DNA from: Barthelona sp. PAP020
Taxonomy: Eukaryota
Length of the DNA: 37,129 nucleotides
Assembly (NCBI GenBank): GCA_040182905.1
Contig: JARQWU010000080.1
Coordinates: 1-37,129, forward strand
Direction: 5' to 3'
A program made the translations under genes and the position numbers. Shown one piece after another: positions 20,341 to 30,100 of the stretch; the first letter of the stretch is position 1, and every line of letters begins with the position of its first letter. The notes under the pieces were generated by a model. It did no database searches. It saw only the letters and a program-made list of their open reading frames with translations, and was not told the origin of the DNA.

Positions 20341-21255
20341 TTAAACCATGTTTGAGCCTGATTGTTTTGTTAAGGCAGAAACAAAATCTGGATTGATTTC
20401 CCAAAAATGTCCCTTTCCAGGTAATTCAATTGGTATTGGCAAATATTTAATAAAACCCATTCCAAAAATTTGTTCCAAGTTCTTTCTTTTCCCCAAATCA
20501 TATGCATGGGGCAGTTTGGACCTCTTTGCTGAAAATTCTTCCAATTGAGTCATGTTTCTACAGGCTAATCCATAGTGATGCCATGCAAAAGGCATAACTG
20601 GCAACATCATAACTCCAGTAAATAACAACAATGCTGAACGGCTTAGCATTGATGATTGAGCATTGTATCCAATGTCAAAAATAAAGGAAACAGCTAAAAT
20701 GAGAGTGAAAACAACCAAAGTAATGGCTTGATATATCAAAAATAAAACAAATTGCTTGCGATTCCTATAACCAACACAACCAACCCAAGGACAATGGTGA
20801 TCCATCATGAGGGAACATTTATTACAAGCAGAACAATGATGGGCTCGGTCTGGTTTAACATGTCTACAAATTTGACATTTTCTGAAGTTACCCTCATAGT
20901 CCCTTTCAATAATCTTTGGGGGCAAAATATGAGTAACACTGTCCTCATCATTCCAATCAATGGATGTTTCTTCATACCAATCATCATCAACTCGACCAGG
21001 TCCATAAATACATGACGATAAATGTGACCATATTGTTAATATTGTCAAAATAGTAAGAACTACAGCAGAAAACACACTAAAAATAAAATTTTCTTGAAAA
21101 GATGGAATAATAACTTGACTATAAACAATATACAAACCAATTGCATGTGCAACTATCATAAATATGACTAAAGCTCCCACTCCAAAAAAAGAGCAAGCTC
21201 CCAAAATTTTTTGTGGAATTGTCAGTTTTGGTTTTGGTCTTGATGGATTTGACAT
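20341..21255 (-). CDS. DHHC-type protein S-palmitoyltransferase
   Basis: Cys-rich domain CQICRHVKPDRAHHCSACNKCSLMMDHHCPW, four TM segments, a TTxE-like MTQLE and a PaCCT-like YDLGKRKNLEQIFG. The ATG at 21255 (MSNPSRP) is chosen over the non-ATG ORF-track start. Confidence 0.95.
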   Translation of the reverse strand: MSNPSRPKPKLTIPQKILGACSFFGVGALVIFMIVAHAIGLYIVYSQVIIPSFQENFIFSVFSAVVLTILTILTIWSHLSSCIYGPGRVDDDWYEETSIDWNDEDSVTHILPPKIIERDYEGNFRKCQICRHVKPDRAHHCSACNKCSLMMDHHCPWVGCVGYRNRKQFVLFLIYQAITLVVFTLILAVSFIFDIGYNAQSSMLSRSALLLFTGVMMLPVMPFAWHHYGLACRNMTQLEEFSAKRSKLPHAYDLGKRKNLEQIFGMGFIKYLPIPIELPGKGHFWEINPDFVSALTKQSGSNMV

Positions 21256-21419
21256 AATAAACAGACCAAAAACAAATAAAATTAATAAATAAAAAGAAGA
21301 ATTTATTCCAAGGTTGTTGTCTTTCTGGTACACACAATTTTTTTTAAAAACATGAAAGCACTTTTTATCACTAATGACTATAAACAAGATTAATGCAAAT
21401 AATATTGCAATAAAAACAA

Positions 21420-21869
21420 TTATACAACAGAGTATCTGCGAAAACTAACAAAAGCTAGTATTCCAAAAACAAAATGAAGGCTTTGAAATACATACATAGT
21501 AGCGCAAATTATCAAATCTACTCTTAAAATAAAACTTTGAAAGGAAGAAAAATACGAATTTGCAAAAAATGAAAATAACAACACCAAAAAGGACCACCCC
21601 AATGCTGATGATTGTTCTGTTTTATTTCCCTTACTACATAGATGATATCTTCCAATTTCAATGCAAATATAAAAAACAATTACACTAAACTCAAAAGTAA
21701 TTGATCCTGATGGAAAAGGAAGATTTGTGACTTTAAAAAACCAACTCAGTAATAATACAACAAAATACAACAAATCAAACCATTTTCCAAAAAATATTGT
21801 CATTTGAAGAAATAATGATGATCCAATTTCCACATTAACTTTTTGTGCTTCATCAATTGTCGAATCCAT
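21420..21869 (-). CDS. TMEM216: TMEM216/TMEM17-family ciliary transition-zone membrane protein
   Basis: SSLFLQM..., K..LPFP, IEIGRY.L.SKGNKTE and QSFILRVDLII fit the Transmemb_17 family, with four TM helices. ATG at 21869. The choice of paralogue (TMEM216, TMEM17 or TMEM80) is less certain. Confidence 0.8.
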   Translation of the reverse strand: MDSTIDEAQKVNVEIGSSLFLQMTIFFGKWFDLLYFVVLLLSWFFKVTNLPFPSGSITFEFSVIVFYICIEIGRYHLCSKGNKTEQSSALGWSFLVLLFSFFANSYFSSFQSFILRVDLIICATMYVFQSLHFVFGILAFVSFRRYSVV

Positions 21870-21920
21870 GTTGAAAAAAGAAGTTAAAAAAGAAGAAAAA
21901 AAAATGTACAAAAATACTAT

Positions 21921-22580
21921 TTACAATCCAAGTGCTTCCGCTTTTTGAAGAATGTCAGAAACATCAAAATCTTCTTCTTCTTGTTGGGCAGTAACCCCAG
22001 TAGTTCTAATATTAACGCCAGAAACTCCAGCAACAATTTCTTGCAAAGCAGCATTGACTTCTTCATCCGCCTCCTCTTCAATATCAGAACCATCAAAGAC
22101 ATCTTCAAACATTTCATCTTGCATTTCAGATAACATTCCTTGTTTTTCCATTTCCATGGTCATTTGCATCATGACTTGTTGCATTTCAGGAATTTTGACC
22201 AAATTATTAACAGACCTCATAATTTCTGCAGTACTTTGTAATGCACCTGTAATTCGTAAATTGGCAATTTGTTCTTGTATTTGCAATTCCAAAGATTCTA
22301 AATGTTGTTTAGAAACAAGCATCTTGGTAATTTGTTTCCTGGAACGAACAATTTCTTTGGCTAATAATTTTGCAGAAGTGATATCACCACCCTTGGCTGC
22401 TTTTTTCACTTCAAGCTCAACTTTTTTAATTTCACGTTCAATTTTCTTAACATCTCTGTCAATCCCCCTTTGTTCACTTTTAAGATCTCTTTTCCATTTT
22501 CTGGCTATTACTTTTGGATCATTAGGATCTTCTTTTGGTGCAGGTGGTGGTGAGTCTGATTTTCTACTAAAAAAACCCAT
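21921..22580 (-). CDS. VPS24: ESCRT-III subunit Vps24/CHMP3 (Snf7 family)
   Basis: MGFF..DPK...RKWKRDLKSEQRGIDR, VKKAAK.GD..SAKLLAKEIVRSRK, GALQSTAEIMRSVNNLVKIPE and an acidic C-terminal half (EEEADEEV). Confidence 0.92.
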   Translation of the reverse strand: MGFFSRKSDSPPPAPKEDPNDPKVIARKWKRDLKSEQRGIDRDVKKIEREIKKVELEVKKAAKGGDITSAKLLAKEIVRSRKQITKMLVSKQHLESLELQIQEQIANLRITGALQSTAEIMRSVNNLVKIPEMQQVMMQMTMEMEKQGMLSEMQDEMFEDVFDGSDIEEEADEEVNAALQEIVAGVSGVNIRTTGVTAQQEEEDFDVSDILQKAEALGL

Positions 22581-22671
22581 AAAATGTATGTTTAAAAAAA
22601 AAAAAGAATTTCTGTCCTTTCCAAGAGATTTTTACAAAAAGAACAAATTTCTTTGAAACTGTCAAACTATC

Positions 22672-22935
22672 TCACAGTGCAAATTTCGTGGTGGTACTTA
22701 TAGTTCCTTTTTGAATAGTGATTTTCCCCACAAAATTTTCTATCATCACTAATTTTCTATGATATTGGTCAACATAAAACGATTCTTCAGGAATTGAAAA
22801 CAGTTTTTTTTTGTATTTTCTGATTGTTGAGTATTGTTTCTTTTTTAATTCCTTGTAACATTCTTTAGTTATTGTTATAGACTGTTGAATGGAAGGTTCA
22901 GTTGGGGAAAGTTCGGGTTCATTGGGCTTATTCAT
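22672..22935 (-). CDS. Small basic hypothetical protein (87 aa)
   Basis: ATG-initiated ORF (MNKPNEPELSP...) that fills the gap between VPS24 and the divergent DWNN gene. No family recognised. Confidence 0.4.
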   Translation of the reverse strand: MNKPNEPELSPTEPSIQQSITITKECYKELKKKQYSTIRKYKKKLFSIPEESFYVDQYHRKLVMIENFVGKITIQKGTISTTTKFAL

Positions 22936-23094
22936 GTTCTTTTGGCACTTTTTGGCCAAGCAGGCATTTTTTCTTTCAAGGCATTTCAATAATATTATTA
23001 TTATTTCTATAACAAATAATCAAATATTTATTAACAATAAATCAAACAAAAAAGTTAAACACTTCTTTTTCTATCTAGTTTTTTTGTGGGGTAC

Positions 23095-23616
23095 ATGAGC
23101 TCCTCAATTATTCGATACCAATATCAGGGGTCTATTCATTTTCAAAAAGAACTAAATTTTCAACCAAATTGCAAATATTCGACAGCTGAAATTGAAAATC
23201 AAATATTGCGTACTAATTTTCTTGGTTCTGATGAAAATGAAAACAAAGTTAGCCTTGAATTTATTGAAAAGTCAACAGGAAAAGTTTATGAGCGAAATGA
23301 AATCATACCTAGTGGTGCCAATCTTATTGTCAGAACTATTTCGTCATGGAACGCTGGAGCAAAATTCAATGAAGATGATGAAACAAAGAATTTATCATCA
23401 GAAATAAATAAGAATGGTGGGTTGGAAAAAGATGACATTGCATTGGAACAAACTTCCAAAATTTCGCACACCATCAAGCACAGTTGTGATTTTAGTGGTA
23501 ATAATTCAACAAATGTACAACAATATATCAGACTTCTCAATATTAGAGCACAAAACAAAAACAATCCCAGAATAGCGACAAAAAATCCTCAAACAAAACG
23601 TGAGCCATCTCTTTGA
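23095..23616 (+). CDS. DWNN ubiquitin-like domain protein (RBBP6/Mpe1 N-terminal domain) without zinc knuckle or RING
   Basis: MSSSIIRYQY..LNF..STAEIENQIL..SLEFIEKSTGKVY..EIIPSGANLIVR follows the DWNN pattern. ATG at 23095. Confidence 0.7.
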   Translation: MSSSIIRYQYQGSIHFQKELNFQPNCKYSTAEIENQILRTNFLGSDENENKVSLEFIEKSTGKVYERNEIIPSGANLIVRTISSWNAGAKFNEDDETKNLSSEINKNGGLEKDDIALEQTSKISHTIKHSCDFSGNNSTNVQQYIRLLNIRAQNKNNPRIATKNPQTKREPSL

Positions 23617-23833
23617 ACTTTTTTTTTCATCGATCGCCTTTTCAATAAATATTTTATATTTGATTATTACAAAATTGGTTTCAAACGACCATTGAAGAAA
23701 AAATGTTCAAAATGTCACTTATGATGCAAAACAAAGGAAAAAGTCCGTTCTGTGAAAACAAAAAACAATTCAAAAAAAAAAAATTCTTTTAAAATTGTTT
23801 GTTCTTTCAATTGATGAACTTTGAAATCATTTC

Positions 23834-26515
23834 ATGAGTGAACGGATTTTTATCGAAAAGGTAGCTCGAGATTTAAAGGATGCAGCTCTTGTGTATAGTG
23901 ATCATGAAAAAGCAACTTTGGAAGAAAATAAGTTGAAGAAAAAAGAGTTGGATTTATTGAATTTAAAAGAATCGACAGAAAATAAAAAAAGAGAACAACA
24001 ACTGCGGATTAATACAGAATTAAGGGACAAATTAAATGATTTTAAGAGAGATGAAGAAGCTTATGTACGTGAATTAGATAAAAAAGAAAACACTATAGTT
24101 GAATTGAGGAAAGTGGAATCTTCTCTGTTGAAAGAAAAAGAAAGTCAAGAAATATTATATCAACAAAAGATTGAACCCCACGTAAAAACGTTACAAACTG
24201 CTATTCAAAGTATAAAAGATGATATTGTTAGAAATAATACAAATTTAGAAAATTTAAGAAAACAAAAAGACACAAAAGTTTTGAAGGTGAAAGAAACTGA
24301 AGAAAATATCAATTATTTAGCGAATACGTTAGTTCAATTAAGACATAATGAATTAAGAGACAAAACGAAACCTGATAATGTTAGAAGCAATGCTGATGAA
24401 GTTCAGGCTGAATATAATATTGTTCTGGAAAAGTACAACAGTCAAAAGAAAATTATTGAGAACCATGATAATCAAATTAAGGAGATTCAAAGTGAAGAAC
24501 GTGAATTAAAGAGTAATTTTGGAGAGATTCGAAAGAAGCATTTAAATATTTTAGCAGAGATTGAGATTTCAGCAAAAAACTGTGATCATATCAAAATGAT
24601 GCTTGAAAGTGCCAAGAATTCAATAAAATGTCAGCAAGAGGAAAAATCAAAGCTAAGATTTGATGAAAAATCAATTGGTCAACAAATGCTTTCTTTGCAA
24701 AATGAAATATCAATTCGAACCACACAAAGAAATCATCTGGCAAGTCAATTTCAAACCGCTGAAAGGATGTTGAAAAGAGTTGAAGAAGAATTACCACGTT
24801 TGGAAAACATTAAAGCTGATATTGAAAGAGAAATTGAGCTTGGCCACCAAACATCCAAAGAACACATGAAATTTATGAATGAACAGGCAGAAACAATGGT
24901 TATGCAAATGGCCGACCTTGTAAAATCGGAAATGATTTCTGAAGAGATGGGAATAGAGTGTAGAAATATTGCTGTTTCATTGGAAAAATATAGAAATCAA
25001 GTAAATGCTTTAAATGAGATTATCACCTCCAAAAATAGAGAGATTAGTAATGTAAGAAGGGATGTTAATGAAAAATTTAGAGAATTATCGTTAATAAATC
25101 AGGATATTAAAGATATCAAGGACAATTTACGAATTGAATCCTTAGTTGAAATGGAATTGATAAAGAAAATAAACTATCTAAAGAACAGTGTCCAAGAGTA
25201 TCAAAAATTGAATAGCAATTTGAAGAATGAAAAGAATATCTATTTGACGGCTATTAATTCAAACAAACAAGATTTGTTAGATATGAAGGAAAAGTTAAAG
25301 ATACTTACAAATGAATCAAACAATTTGAATTATCAAATAAATGAAAAGAATCAAAATTTACAGAAACAAGAGCAATTGACGTCAATGATTGAGGGACAAA
25401 AGCTACAATATTTCGCGTCCAAGACAAAATTGAAATCAGTTTATGAAAAGAAAGAAAAGAAGATTGAATTACAACTGAACACAATGATGTCCTACAGTGA
25501 AAATTTAAATCAGATTGAGAAAACTTTGATTTCCTTACGCAGAAATTATGCTGATTCAATAGATGGTAGAAACGCTTTAGGATTACAATTGATTGATAGA
25601 AATGATGAGTTATGTGTGTTGTATGAAAAAGCAAATACTCAATCTTCTGTAATTGACAAGGGTAATCAAGTGTTAGAGATTCAAGATACAGAATTTAATG
25701 CTTTGAAGATTGAAGCACAGAATTTGGAAAATGATCTTCGTGTTCAGAGGAAACATCAAATTAATAATGCTGAAGTTGAAGAAACAATTGAGAATTTAAA
25801 GAATGAGTTGATTGAGTTTAGACAAATGGCTGATTCTCTATCATTACGTCTGGAAGATCCTGAAGAAAAGGATAGGTTTATCATGTTAAATGGACAGACT
25901 CCAGTTAAAGAAGAACTTTTAAGGAAACAGGAAGAAATTCAAAGAAAAATTACTGAAAAACAAGATGAATTGATCCAAAAAGAATTGGTTTTAGAGGATT
26001 ATGTTACTCAAACTGAAGGAATGCAACAACGGTTTTTGTCAGATGCAGAAGTTTCTGCAGATATTCAAAAGAATAGGACAAATCTCAAAGCAGAATTGAA
26101 TAAAATCAATAGAAAAAGTATGGCTTTAGCTGCTGAACTTGCCATGGTAATTACACAAGATGAGGTGTTAGAAGAAAGACATTTTGATCTGAACGAAATG
26201 GTTCAACACATGAAAGATAACATGAAAAATGGATTACCTCCTTATGAGGAGGCGGATGCCGACTTTGCTAAATACGTTCAAGCAGAAATGAATTATTACC
26301 AATCTTTGATTGACATGAAAGAAAGACAAGCAGAAGAAATGTTACCTGCTGATGCTGTTTTCACACATGCTCCTATGAGACCATCAGGGTATAAACCCAA
26401 ATTTGGTCCAGACAAGGGGATTGAACAACCTTATCTTCATCCCCCTATGTTCCCGACAAAAACTCAAGCTCACAAGTATTATTCAAAACCAAAACCTATT
26501 CCTGTCAATCGTTGA
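23834..26515 (+). CDS. CCDC146: Coiled-coil axonemal protein CCDC146 (MBO2)-like
   Basis: Long coiled coil with RNALGLQLIDRNDELCVLYEK, LEDPEEKDRF.L.GQTP, RKSMALAAELAM and a Pro-rich C-terminus (THAPMRPSGY..PY..P.FP..KP). The C-terminus favours CCDC146 over its relative CFAP58. Confidence 0.85.
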   Translation: MSERIFIEKVARDLKDAALVYSDHEKATLEENKLKKKELDLLNLKESTENKKREQQLRINTELRDKLNDFKRDEEAYVRELDKKENTIVELRKVESSLLKEKESQEILYQQKIEPHVKTLQTAIQSIKDDIVRNNTNLENLRKQKDTKVLKVKETEENINYLANTLVQLRHNELRDKTKPDNVRSNADEVQAEYNIVLEKYNSQKKIIENHDNQIKEIQSEERELKSNFGEIRKKHLNILAEIEISAKNCDHIKMMLESAKNSIKCQQEEKSKLRFDEKSIGQQMLSLQNEISIRTTQRNHLASQFQTAERMLKRVEEELPRLENIKADIEREIELGHQTSKEHMKFMNEQAETMVMQMADLVKSEMISEEMGIECRNIAVSLEKYRNQVNALNEIITSKNREISNVRRDVNEKFRELSLINQDIKDIKDNLRIESLVEMELIKKINYLKNSVQEYQKLNSNLKNEKNIYLTAINSNKQDLLDMKEKLKILTNESNNLNYQINEKNQNLQKQEQLTSMIEGQKLQYFASKTKLKSVYEKKEKKIELQLNTMMSYSENLNQIEKTLISLRRNYADSIDGRNALGLQLIDRNDELCVLYEKANTQSSVIDKGNQVLEIQDTEFNALKIEAQNLENDLRVQRKHQINNAEVEETIENLKNELIEFRQMADSLSLRLEDPEEKDRFIMLNGQTPVKEELLRKQEEIQRKITEKQDELIQKELVLEDYVTQTEGMQQRFLSDAEVSADIQKNRTNLKAELNKINRKSMALAAELAMVITQDEVLEERHFDLNEMVQHMKDNMKNGLPPYEEADADFAKYVQAEMNYYQSLIDMKERQAEEMLPADAVFTHAPMRPSGYKPKFGPDKGIEQPYLHPPMFPTKTQAHKYYSKPKPIPVNR

Positions 26516-26653
26516 GGATGTTGCACAGTTTTTTTGTATTTTTCCTGTTAGTCAAATCATTGTCATCATTTCAACAATTTGTTTTTATTGTTTGTATATT
26601 AAAACTTCAGCTTGTAAATTGTTCATTCAAAAAAATTATTTTTTTTTTCAAAT

Positions 26654-27047
26654 TTTTCAGAAAAAGAAGCAAGATCAAAGGGTTGACCAATAAAGAAATA
26701 GAGTCTTCAACAATGAAACAAAAAGAAATAAAAGCAATCAGACGAAGTTCTTCTGTCCTTGCTTTATTTCCTTTGATATTAAACTTTCCAACAGAGGAGA
26801 GTACCATGTGATCTGTGAAATTTTTGTAGTTTTAGTCGAATGAGATCATTGTTCCAGAAATCTGACTCAATTATCTTAGATTTCTTGTATTTCACTTGAA
26901 ATGGTCAAAAGTTCTTAATCAGGAAGGAGCTCGCAATGAGATAGCAGTGAAAAGACCAGTAAGCTTTAAAAGAAACACTGACGTTAAATAAGGATGAATA
27001 TTTATCACTTGCTAATAAACTTGGCTCCAGTTTCAAGTTTTTGAAAG
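26654..27047 (+). ncRNA. Candidate structured RNA, RNase P-like motif order
   Basis: Complementary ends, several hairpins, and degenerate matches to CR-I to CR-V in the right order (see findings). Not tested with a covariance model. Confidence 0.25.
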
Positions 27048-27148
27048 TTTTGAAAAAAGTTTCATAGAATGAAAAAAAAATTAAAATTATTTACATAAAC
27101 CCCTTCAAATGGGAAAAAGCGGCATCATGTTTAAAAAACAATATGCAA

Positions 27149-30100
27149 TTACAACACAGATAAACTCACGTCCAGATCACATTGATTACTGTAAATTTTC
27201 AAACAATAGCGACACTCATCCTCTTGATTGGAAACGAAAGGTAAAATGCTAACAAGGTTACTGGCCTGTTCAATGGTAATATTGACTCGAACAATATTAC
27301 ATGCAATGGGTTTTAAATAAATCAAATCAGTAATCAATGACATTTCATGCATGGATGTAATAGGAATGTTATGATGAGAAAACAACCCCAAAACAATAGA
27401 TATTGAATTATCTGCTGCATTTGATGGTGTTGAAGTGTTTAAAAACAGTTGAGTAAAATCAATGAAAAGATCAATTGTGTTGTTAGATCCATAATTACGA
27501 AAATTAGTGATAGATAATGTATGTTGAGGTGCTTGAAAGAGCAAAGAATTGTTTGGATCGAATATTTGTACATTTTTTCCAATAATTTGACCAAATGAAA
27601 CACAATGTCGAAATAGACGATAATTCGCAAAATTAATAACAACACTCATCTGATCAATCAACTCTTCCATTGTTAACCAAACTCCAAAAGACAAAGAGTT
27701 GGTTAATGTGTCTGAGGTTGTGCTCAAATTATCATACATCTCTTGACTATGTTGTGATGATTTTGACAAACCATTATTCAAGGGATTTATTAGATTCCTG
27801 TCTTTTAAACCAGAATTTAATTGGTTATTTAACTTTCTAGTCCACTTAAATGATTTTTCGTTATACAATCCGGTAAAATGTTCTGCAACATTAACATTTG
27901 GATTACAAGGAATCAAATGAAAGAAAGTACATCGAGAACCGTCAATATTAGTATCATAAAGATAATCTATAAAAAAGTCAAAACTAAATGGTAATCCAAT
28001 ATCACTCAATGGTAATTTATCATCCCGGTTTTGAGATTGAGATTGAGATTGAGATTTTGTTGTACAAATTGTAGAATAATGAGGTAAATACGTTGACCAA
28101 TTAATGGTGTTACAAAAGTCATTTATGTCTGATGGTTGAATCAAAGCAGGAATCCATATATTTTCATATGAACCAGTAATTATTCGAAGAAACTTGATTT
28201 CTGTAAATAATCTACCAATGGAACCATAATTCCCTGCTAGTTTTGCCAGCATTTTTTCAATAAATGCTGCAGTCATTAAAGACCAATCAAAATGATTATC
28301 GACAGATAATAATCGACCAATAATTTCATTGGGTAAAGTGGTATCAAGAATTAAAAATTCTTCCTTCGAATTAAAATAGTATTTTATCAACAAAATGCCA
28401 CTTTGAAAATCTGCTCTAACAATAATATTGTTTAAACATTGAAGAAAGTCTTGATGTTGACTTGAAAATATATGATTTAGAAAGTATCCTGAAATCAAAG
28501 GTTTGTAAGAATATCCTTTATTCAAAGGTTTTAATTGATGAAATTTAAAATTATTTTTACTGTTTGAACTAGATAAATATTCATTTATATTTTTGAATTG
28601 AATTGGTTGATTATTATCATCAAAAAACAAAGAATCATCTTCAGAATCTTGATACAATTCTCCAGCTTTTCTACATTCTTTTGCTAAGCGACAGAAACGT
28701 AAAGTAGCACTGGCTAATTTATCATGACTGTCCTTTTTTAATTCATTTAAATATAACACTGAATTCTTTCTTTTTGTTTTCTTAGTTTTATGCTTTTCAT
28801 TAACTGACATCACTATGCTGCTTTGTATAGAATTTTGTTCTGATGATTTCAATGAATGATACACTTGCTTCAAAGAACTTCGTATCTTTTGATACTTTTT
28901 ACCAACTAATTGCAAGGTGTATTTTGAATAATTCTCAGTACTCAAACAATCTATCAATAATTCAACCAATTCATCAAAACTAAGTTCTAAATTTATGAAA
29001 ATGGGAAAAATACTATTAAAATCTTGAGGCTTTGCCACAGATAACAACTCTCTTAATTTCACAATAGTATTTAAATGCTTAGAAACCCTTTGTAAGTAAT
29101 TCTTCAAATCTCTTTTCAATGAAATCGTTTGTTGTCGTTTTTTTTCTTCTTCTTTCGTCATTAATTTACTTAATGACTTGTTATTTTTATTTTTTGAAGT
29201 TTTATAACAGATTTCTTCATTAGTCTTCAATTTTTGAATTTGAATCTGATTATAATAATTTTCTTGTTGATTAAGTTCTTTCTGTGTTAAAAAGGAAGGT
29301 TCTCTTTCATTACCATTATAAACAAAAATCTTTAATTCATCAGATTGAGATGAATCTATTTGAGTGTCATTATTCAAGTTCTGGGTCTTTATTTGAGGAT
29401 CAGTATGATCTTCCATCGAAATAGATATTGTGACCGATTTAGATTCAGGTTCAACAGATATGTCGGGATTTTTTGTTTCTAAATCAGCATCCAAATCAAA
29501 CTCATAATGTTGCAAAGAAGTAACATAATTTTGGTAATCAGTATCCTCATTATATAATGAAAAACTATCGTTGTTAAGAAAAGAATCTTGTTTTTGAAGA
29601 CCATGAAGTGGTTCATTGATTACAACCATCGTTTCCCCTAAAACATTTGAAGAAGAAGAAGTTAAGGTGGACGTTTGATTCAAAATATCTGAAGCACATA
29701 AATTAATGATATTAGAATTGGCTAAAAGTCCAACTATCCTTTCCTCACTATTAATATCTGATTCTTGGTTGAAAAAATTCCCGTAATTTATCGAGTTGTT
29801 CAAAATTGTTTGTGACACATCATTTGAGGTTTGGATATATTGTTCAACTCGAGCTTTATCAATGGTCCTAAAAACTTGGAACTTATCATACATTTCTTTT
29901 AATAAAAGGGGGTCTTTAATTTGTTGAAATTCTTCTGTACCTGAGAAAAATGTACTATAATGTTGTTCACCCCATTTTCTAATTTTAAAATCCAGTTGAC
30001 GATACACATTGTTTGAATTGTTGACTAAATTTAAAAAAAAACTGCCTTCTAAAAGCTTTTGTCCTGCTAACAATTCCCAAAGTGTTTTCTGCAATTTTAC

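Noticed and set aside
21256..21387. N-terminal extensions in the ORF track for DHHC (also TMEM216, TSR1, DWNN)
   Set aside because: They start at non-ATG codons and translate T-rich intergenic DNA. The first downstream ATG fits the family N-termini better.
21952..22656. 234-aa + strand ORF
   Set aside because: Antisense shadow of VPS24. Its Ser/Ile/Cys-rich composition is what the reverse strand of a Glu/Lys/Gln-rich coiled coil gives.
26512..26811. 99-aa + ORF and 66-aa - ORF downstream of CCDC146
   Set aside because: They run through homopolymer-rich UTR-like DNA, the + ORF has a non-ATG start, and there are no motifs. An in-frame TGA is followed shortly by TAG, so a selenoprotein is unlikely.
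26668..26830. AAGATCAA (U2-like) and AATTTTTG (Sm-site-like)
   Set aside because: No GTAGTA branch-pairing sequence or U2 stem I, and no U5 loop or U4 features.
26918..26950. CAGG...AGCAG resembling SRP RNA helix 8
   Set aside because: The spacing is too long for the conserved stem and GNRA loop geometry.
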